Part shown: positions 58,701-64,000 of the stretch, in pieces
Layout: each line of letters opens with the position of its first letter
Position numbering within the stretch: the first letter of the stretch is position 1
Assembly (NCBI GenBank): GCA_963815115.1
Contig: CAWFFN010000012.1
Coordinates: 768,001-832,000, forward strand
DNA from: an uncultured delta proteobacterium
Lineage (GTDB): Bacteria; Desulfobacterota; Binatia; DP-6
Length of the DNA: 64,000 nt
Direction of reading: 5' to 3'
Made by a program: the position numbers and the translations under genes
Notes under the pieces: generated by a model
What the model saw: the letters and a program-made list of their open reading frames with translations, nothing else
Told to the model about the DNA's origin: nothing
Database searches by the model: none

Positions 58701-58907
58701 CTCCGGTCCCATCGCCGGGTTCTGCGCGATGACGTTGAAGACCGGCGTGGCGAGGTCGGGGAAGACGTCGCGCGGCAGGTCCCTGAGCCAGATGGCCCCG
58801 AGCAGGCTTCCCGCGAGAGCGAGGACGAGGGCGAGTCCCGGACGCCCGGACGAGCGACGGATCAGGCGCTCCACGATGCCCGCCTTCGTCCGGGGTTCAG
58901 TGCTCAT
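55797..58907 (-). CDS. czcA: CusA/CzcA family heavy-metal efflux RND permease
   Basis: LP.DVFPDL, MTLGGLAIAVGLLVDAAIIVTEN, GIEGRMYRPLA, GSDFMPRLDEG, RVRPKVMT, GTEIERPLAVVMIGGL. Confidence 0.95.
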   Translation of the reverse strand: MSTEPRTKAGIVERLIRRSSGRPGLALVLALAGSLLGAIWLRDLPRDVFPDLATPVFNVIAQNPAMGPEELETGIAIPLEVALAGLPGIRRVRSTSQLGVVQVTIEFEPDADYFRSRQLVSERVSQVVGQLPPGTDTPLVSSLTGRLNEIFEVTLEAEPGVADLMTLRDLAEFEVKNRLLAVPGVAAIDRLGGYLRQYQVQLDPERMAARDVTLDEVLHAVEGANVNAAGGFVVQGATEWTVRGVGRINTPEDLRETVVAIRGTIPVLLGDVADVREAPAVRRGIAHRLAGEVVACRVIKQFGADTVTVAAGIREAVKDIRHTLPRGVQLRIAYDQSELVQGALGGVGRAVLLGALLVVVALVTLLGDLRAALVVTATIPLSVGLSGLLLRPAGIGLNAMTLGGLAIAVGLLVDAAIIVTENIVHRLSASHDRDSRRQRAVEGAVEVGRPIAFATLIVVAVFLPLFSMTGIEGRMYRPLAAAVVAAVSASLVLALTLVPALGGLVLRPRPPDTPEDVWIIRRLKSAYAPLLDVCLRHAGAVRLGTLAITIPALLLASRVGSDFMPRLDEGALLIQTTLPPEASIEQVDRSNHRVEDILRGFPEVEDVVRRTGRAERTEDPMPHTLSDTLVVLRPERTASLDELRDRMRLRLAEVPGVSFLFTTPLGMRIDEGLGGTSADLSVRIFGRDLDELARLGDQARRVMEGVEGLADLRVERLTDLPQLRITVDRAAAARAGLTPGDVIRALRIGLAGEEMSEVWVGQRRFALVVRLQDHYRADLAGIRSLLIDGHDGTRIPLGKLATIEETLGPASIRREAGSRRIAVEASVEGRDLLGAAGEVRRRLAKELRLPTGYFLDVGGRVETQARASRSLLMAIAIALLAVSVLLYLALGSLAEALVILATLPDAFVGAILALLLAGETWNVSSLVGLIGLLGIAVQNGLVLVTQTRTLMAEGSSFDVALREASIGRVRPKVMTAATAILGLLPLLVLHLHGTEIERPLAVVMIGGLVTSTLFTLLALPTFYQLVHRVGQRRASG

Positions 58908-60102
58908 GCTGATCCCCCTCGCCGCGGGACTTCTCGGCCTGCGCCTTCAGCAGGAAGGCGCCGTCCACGACGACCTCCTCTCCCGCCCGGATGCCAGAGA
59001 GGATCTCGACGGCTCCGCCGAGGTCGCGGCCCCGTCCGACGATCCGGACCTCGAACGTCCCCGCGCCACGCGGCACGAAGACGCACCAGCCTCGGGCCAG
59101 CCGTTGCAGCGCCGGCGCCGGCACGGCGAGGACGCTGGGCGCCTGATCCTCGACGGGGAGGGTGGCCGTGGCCGACATCCCCGGCCGGAGGATGTCGTCG
59201 CGGTTCTCGATCTCGACACGCACGGTGACCGTCTTCGATTGCGCCTCGACCTGGCGTCCGACGTTGGTGACCGGACCCGCGAAGGTGCGACCGGGAAGCG
59301 CCGCGAAGACGACGCGTGCCGTGGAGCCCGGCGCGAGGCGCACGGCGTCGCGCTCGAATGCGTGAACGGTCAGCCACAGCCGGGAGAGGTCGGCGATGCG
59401 GTAGAGCGGGCGGCCGGGCTCGGCCATCTCCCCCTGCGCCCCGCTGCGCTCGATCACGGTGCCCGCCATCGGCGACCGCAGGAGGAACGTGGAACTCTCA
59501 CGGCGAGACACCTGGGCGTTTCCCGGCGCGATGCCGAGGGCGTTCAGCGCCGCTTCCGCCGCGGCGGCATCGGCCCGTGCCGTCGTGGCGGCGGCTTCGG
59601 CTTCCTCGAGCTCGCGCCCTGGCGCGATCTGCTCGGCCACGAGTGCGCGTTTGCGCGCCAGCGTCCGGAGCGCCAGCTCGAGCCGCGCCCGCGCCCCCAG
59701 CAGCTGCGCGCGTGCCTTCCCCAGCTCGGGACTCTGCAGCTCCACCAGTGGCTGGCCGGCGCTCACGCGGCTCGCCGGAGGGACGCGCATGCGGAGGATG
59801 CGGGCGGAGACGGGCGAGGAGACGATCGCGTAGGAGTCCTCGTCGGGCCCGAGATCACCGAGCACGGAGACGCCCTCGACGCCTTCCCGTTCCTCCGCCC
59901 GGGCGGTGGTGAGACGCAGATCGCGCAGCATGTCCGGCTCGATGCGCAGGAGGTCGCCGGCGGCTGGCCCGGGCTCCGAACGCTCCGGCGCCGCGTGGTC
60001 GCTCTCGACGTGCTCGTGCAGCTCGCTCGGGGCCTCGCCCTCGCGGCACGCGGAGAGGGCCGCGAGCAGACAGACGATCGGGAGAACGGCGATGGCCCTC
60101 AT
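58897..60102 (-). CDS. RND efflux periplasmic adaptor (CzcB-like lipoprotein)
   Basis: Lipobox LSAC; LRSPMAGTVIER, IADLSRLWL, LRPGMSA, VVVDGAFLLKA; His-containing termini. Confidence 0.93.
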   Translation of the reverse strand: MRAIAVLPIVCLLAALSACREGEAPSELHEHVESDHAAPERSEPGPAAGDLLRIEPDMLRDLRLTTARAEEREGVEGVSVLGDLGPDEDSYAIVSSPVSARILRMRVPPASRVSAGQPLVELQSPELGKARAQLLGARARLELALRTLARKRALVAEQIAPGRELEEAEAAATTARADAAAAEAALNALGIAPGNAQVSRRESSTFLLRSPMAGTVIERSGAQGEMAEPGRPLYRIADLSRLWLTVHAFERDAVRLAPGSTARVVFAALPGRTFAGPVTNVGRQVEAQSKTVTVRVEIENRDDILRPGMSATATLPVEDQAPSVLAVPAPALQRLARGWCVFVPRGAGTFEVRIVGRGRDLGGAVEILSGIRAGEEVVVDGAFLLKAQAEKSRGEGDQHEH

Positions 60103-61322
60103 CGCAGCACCCCCGCCATGGTCTCGAGGTCGAAGCGCGCGCGCGCCGCATCGAGCTGCCGGGCCGTGTAGGCGAGACGCGCGTCGAGAATCTCGCGACG
60201 CACGGCGAGGAGATCGGGGAGGTTGGTCTGTCCGAGCTCGTAGCTGCGGGTGGCCAGCCGGTCGCTCTCGTCGAGCAGCGGCAGCGCGTCCCGCTGGAGC
60301 TCCTCGACCGCGTCCACCTCCCGCTCGTACGCGTCGAGCGCGGCGCGCACGTCAGCGGCGGCGGCACGGCGGCCGGACTCGAGCGTCAGACGGAGTCGGC
60401 GCGCCCGCGCCGACGCGGTCGCCCGCTGCTCCTGGCCGGTGACGAACACCGGAAGGGTGATGCTCAGTCCGGCAAGCGGGACGTTCGCCTCTTCCTCCCG
60501 CTTGTAGCCGAGCCGCACGCCGACCTCCGGCCAGCGCGACGCTTCCCCGAGCTGTCTCTCGGCCTCGGCCTCGCGGAGCTCCGCGTCCAGCGCGCGGAAG
60601 TCCGGCCGATCCGTCACGATCTCGAGCAGGGAGCCGAGCCGGTACCTCGGCCGATCGTCGAGCGACCCGGTCACCGCCAGCGGCTCGTCCGGCTCGAGTC
60701 CCAGCAGCACCCGGAGGTCGCCGAGCGCGCGGGCCTGCTCAGCCTCGGCGTCGCGGACCTCGGCGCGTGCTCTCGAGGCAGCGATGCGGGCGGCATTGAC
60801 GTCGAGGATCGCCACCTCGCCGTTCCGGTGGCGCCGCTCGGCGATCCGCACGAGATCGGCGGCGATCTCCGACGCGCGCGTGCGCAGGCGGGTCTGCTCG
60901 CCGGTCGCGAGGCCCCGGGAGAACGCGACCGCCACCTCGCGCAGCAGCCGCCGCGTCTCGTCGTCGGCGCCGGCGCTCGCGCGGTCGACGCCGGCCTCGG
61001 CGCCGGCGATCCGGGCGCCCCGCTGGCCGGCCAGCTCGAGCCCCTGGCGCACGTCGAAGTCGACGTCGGTGCTGCGTCCCTGCCTGGAGAAGCTGGGACC
61101 GGCGGCCGCCTCGACGACCGGGTTCTGGCGCAGCAGGACCGATGCTCCCCGGAGCCGGCCACGGGCCTCCGCGACCCGCTCGCGGGCGGCGAGCACGGCG
61201 GGGGCGTGCTCCCTGGCGATGTCGAGCGCGCGCGCGAGGCTGAGCAGCTCGGCCGATCGCGCGCACGGTGCCGAGAAGCCGACGAGGACGCCGGTGAGTA
61301 CGAGCGTACGGAATGAGACCAC
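60099..61322 (-). CDS. TolC/CzcC family outer-membrane efflux protein
   Basis: Signal peptide; NP.V, QGLELAGQRGARI, LSITLPVF, SYELGQ..L.DLL; coupled to the adaptor gene. Confidence 0.92.
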   Translation of the reverse strand: MVSFRTLVLTGVLVGFSAPCARSAELLSLARALDIAREHAPAVLAARERVAEARGRLRGASVLLRQNPVVEAAAGPSFSRQGRSTDVDFDVRQGLELAGQRGARIAGAEAGVDRASAGADDETRRLLREVAVAFSRGLATGEQTRLRTRASEIAADLVRIAERRHRNGEVAILDVNAARIAASRARAEVRDAEAEQARALGDLRVLLGLEPDEPLAVTGSLDDRPRYRLGSLLEIVTDRPDFRALDAELREAEAERQLGEASRWPEVGVRLGYKREEEANVPLAGLSITLPVFVTGQEQRATASARARRLRLTLESGRRAAAADVRAALDAYEREVDAVEELQRDALPLLDESDRLATRSYELGQTNLPDLLAVRREILDARLAYTARQLDAARARFDLETMAGVLR

Positions 61323-61462
61323 GGGTCACCTCTTTTGAACCCGGCGGGCGAAGCGCCGGGTGCGAGACCGATCACGACGGCGGCGCGGTCGAGGTCTCGA
61401 CCACGTCGCGGCGCCTGGAGGGCAGCGCGGAACGCGCTACCCGACGGCGAGACGTGAGCGGC

Positions 61463-61843
61463 TCAGCAGAGGCGAACGGCGGTGCCGAGCGCGCGCGGTG
61501 GGCTGGGCGGAGCGGGCCGCACCAGCGGCGACCGGCTCGCCTGCCACGCGGAGGCGGTGCGACCGCTCCGAGCGGCGAGCGCAAGCGGAGAGAGCGCGGG
61601 CGCGAGCGACGAGCTCCTCTCCTTGACCGCGCTCAGCCCGAGCGCAGTATCGACGCACCCGCCAGAGCATCGAGCATCCAGGCTCGGCCCGTCGGCGGGG
61701 GCCTTTGCCCCGCAGCAGGGCGCGTCGGTCACCTCGATCTCGCGGTGGCCGTCGCCGCCGAGGCAGAGGACGCGCCCGGTGAGGCCGGTCGTCGTCACCA
61801 GCAGCGCGAGCGCGACGGCGATGTGGGCGACCCTGCGGAGCAT
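61463..61843 (-). CDS. Small exported Cys/His protein leading the efflux operon (CzcI-like position)
   Basis: Signal peptide; VLCLGGDGHREIE, CC, C...CVD. Confidence 0.6.
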   Translation of the reverse strand: MLRRVAHIAVALALLVTTTGLTGRVLCLGGDGHREIEVTDAPCCGAKAPADGPSLDARCSGGCVDTALGLSAVKERSSSLAPALSPLALAARSGRTASAWQASRSPLVRPAPPSPPRALGTAVRLC

Positions 61844-61924
61844 GCCTCACGGAGTCGGTACCGGAACGCCGGCCCGGGAGCAAACCTCCTGGGCCGGCGG
61901 CGGCATGCAACCGGTTCTGGGAGA

Positions 61925-62854
61925 TCAGAGCCCGGTGCGGAAGATGAGCGAGCTCTCGTTCTGCACGACGGCCTCGTGGTTGCCGAGCGTGAAGACGTCG
62001 CCGGATTTCGTCGAGAACCCGATGAACCCGTTCGATCCGTCCTTCGTCGGTCCGCCGAGGTTGACGTAGGAGACGCCGATGTCCGCGGGGTGGTCCTCGA
62101 AGAACCGGATCGCGACGTCACTGGGCTCGGCCGTGTCGGGCGTCACCAGGTTCGTCCACCGGAGGACCATGACGCGCTGGGGCTTCTGGCCGACCACCTG
62201 GTACTTCACTTCCTTGGTCTCGCCGCACTGGGCGAGCGCGAAGACCGATGCGGCCGGTGCGCTCGCCGGGCTGAGCTGGTTGCACGGCGCGACGGGCTTG
62301 TTGAAGCTGATCCAGCCGTTGGAGGTCACCCAGACCCTGCGATAGCTCTTGCCGTCGAACTTCACGGCGAAGGGCAACGACACCGAGAACGGCTTGCCGT
62401 TCGCCAGGGTCGCGCGGTGGTTGAACGGCTGCTGCGTCCAGAAGGTCGAGAAGAACAGCGGGGTGTGGGAGAACGGCAGGCAGTCACCGACGCCGAGCAG
62501 CGAGCGGTTGACCACCGAGATGTCCTGCCGGAGACCGTCCGGAGGCACCGTGACCGGGACGTCCGTCGTGTCGAGGCAGTTTCCGGTCACCCGCAAGAGC
62601 TGCTCGCCGCTGGGCACCGAGAAGAGAAAGTAGAAGGCGCCGCCCGGGAACGACTCGGTGACATCGACGACCGGGTTGCCGAAGAAGTCGACGACGCCCA
62701 CGGCCTCGACGCGGGCGCCGGACACCGGACTGCCCGAGGGCGCGGCGCTCACGGTGCCGAACACGAAGGTGATCTCGGCCCGCGCCGGCCCTGCAATACC
62801 CATCGCCAGCAGAAGGCCGGCTGCCACCGATCCTGCTCGTGCGTGTCTGAACAT
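61925..62854 (-). CDS. Exported protein: carboxypeptidase-regulatory-like Ig domain plus NIDO-like domain
   Basis: GGAGG RBS; signal peptide; GTV....G.PVSGARV; LPFAVKFDGKSY..VWVTSNGWISF. Confidence 0.75.
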   Translation of the reverse strand: MFRHARAGSVAAGLLLAMGIAGPARAEITFVFGTVSAAPSGSPVSGARVEAVGVVDFFGNPVVDVTESFPGGAFYFLFSVPSGEQLLRVTGNCLDTTDVPVTVPPDGLRQDISVVNRSLLGVGDCLPFSHTPLFFSTFWTQQPFNHRATLANGKPFSVSLPFAVKFDGKSYRRVWVTSNGWISFNKPVAPCNQLSPASAPAASVFALAQCGETKEVKYQVVGQKPQRVMVLRWTNLVTPDTAEPSDVAIRFFEDHPADIGVSYVNLGGPTKDGSNGFIGFSTKSGDVFTLGNHEAVVQNESSLIFRTGL

Positions 62855-63023
62855 GTCAATTTCCCTCCCGTATCCTCGAAAATTTGGGCGGGCGTTGCCC
62901 AGAACGTCGCGACGTCAGGGCGCCCTTGCCGTCGGGTTGGGTGTTCAGGTCCCGGGAACGGTTGTTCTCGGCGGCAGGCGGCGCGCATGCCGAGAAAATC
63001 GGCACGAGCACGACGGGGCATGC

Positions 63024-63512
63024 TCAGCGGGCGCGAGGCGCCAGACGGCGCATGGTGTCCTTCGAGGCGCCGGGGCCGGGGACGGTCCGCAGGTCGCGTC
63101 GCGAGACCGGCCGGCCGTCGGCGTCGGTCAGGCGGAGCCGGGGGATGCGCCGTCCCGTGCGCCGGTCCTGAACGATCACGGGCTCGTGCCCCCTCCCGAA
63201 GACCCACTCGTCGGACCATTCCCGGAGCGTCGTCAGCACGGGCAGCAGTGCCTCACCCTTCTCGGTCAGGCGGTACTCGAACCGCTGGCCCTCGCTGCCC
63301 ACGTCCACGCGCTCGAAGATACCATGATCGACGAGATGCTGGAGCCTCGCGGTGAGGATGTTCTTGGCGATGCCGAGGCTGCTCTCGAAATCGCTGAAGC
63401 GGCGGGCGCCGAAGAAGGCGTCGCGCACGATGAGCAGGGTCCACCAGTCCCCCAGGACCTCGAGGGACTGCCCGATCCCGCAGTTCATGTCGGAGAAGCG
63501 CTTCCGCCCCAT
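63024..63512 (-). CDS. HxlR-family winged-helix regulator
   Basis: NCGIGQSLEVLGDWWTLLIVRD...RRFSDF..LGIAKNILTARL..LV..GI, EYRLTEKG. Confidence 0.93.
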   Translation of the reverse strand: MGRKRFSDMNCGIGQSLEVLGDWWTLLIVRDAFFGARRFSDFESSLGIAKNILTARLQHLVDHGIFERVDVGSEGQRFEYRLTEKGEALLPVLTTLREWSDEWVFGRGHEPVIVQDRRTGRRIPRLRLTDADGRPVSRRDLRTVPGPGASKDTMRRLAPRAR

Positions 63513-63535
63513 GGCCGGAGTATAGCCCGGGAGAA

Positions 63536-63556
63536 CTGGTTGCATCAAGCAACCAG
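63536..63556. promoter_or_regulatory. Putative HxlR operator CTGGTTGC-N5-GCAACCAG
   Basis: Perfect 8-5-8 inverted repeat in the 64-bp divergent intergenic region. Confidence 0.75.
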
Positions 63557-63576
63557 ATCGGCTACCGACGGCGATC

Positions 63577-64000
<424 letters not shown>

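Overview
A 64-kb, very GC-rich bacterial chromosomal segment with about 50 protein-coding genes. I found no rRNA, tRNA, CRISPR array, transposase or integrase. The gene mix (F420-dependent LLM oxidoreductase, DUF4215-type Cys-rich exported proteins, several large STAND AAA-TPR regulators, ECF sigma factors) suggests Candidatus Binatia or a related deltaproteobacterium-like lineage, but this is inference only. Ordinary content includes amtB (with a sigma54 promoter and NtrC-like boxes), xth, a phytase-like protein, phoD, fabD, an S1/RpsA-like protein, a CzcCBA-like efflux operon, two TetR regulators, an HxlR regulator and a truncated molybdopterin oxidoreductase. Four things stand out. (1) An in-frame UbiB/ABC1 kinase-cytochrome P450 fusion faces an ECF sigma/anti-sigma operon across two back-to-back promoters with the same TGAAC-N16-GGGTAC motif. 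(2) A ~1,390-aa exported protein carries about 29 tandem disintegrin-like repeats. (3) A paired Lys/Cys-rich helical module recurs in three unrelated exported proteins. (4) A SigK-like ECF is fused to an RskA-like anti-sigma domain. Small indels at ~17.1-19.2 kb and ~31.24 kb look like long-read assembly errors. All family assignments come from motif recognition by eye, not database searches.
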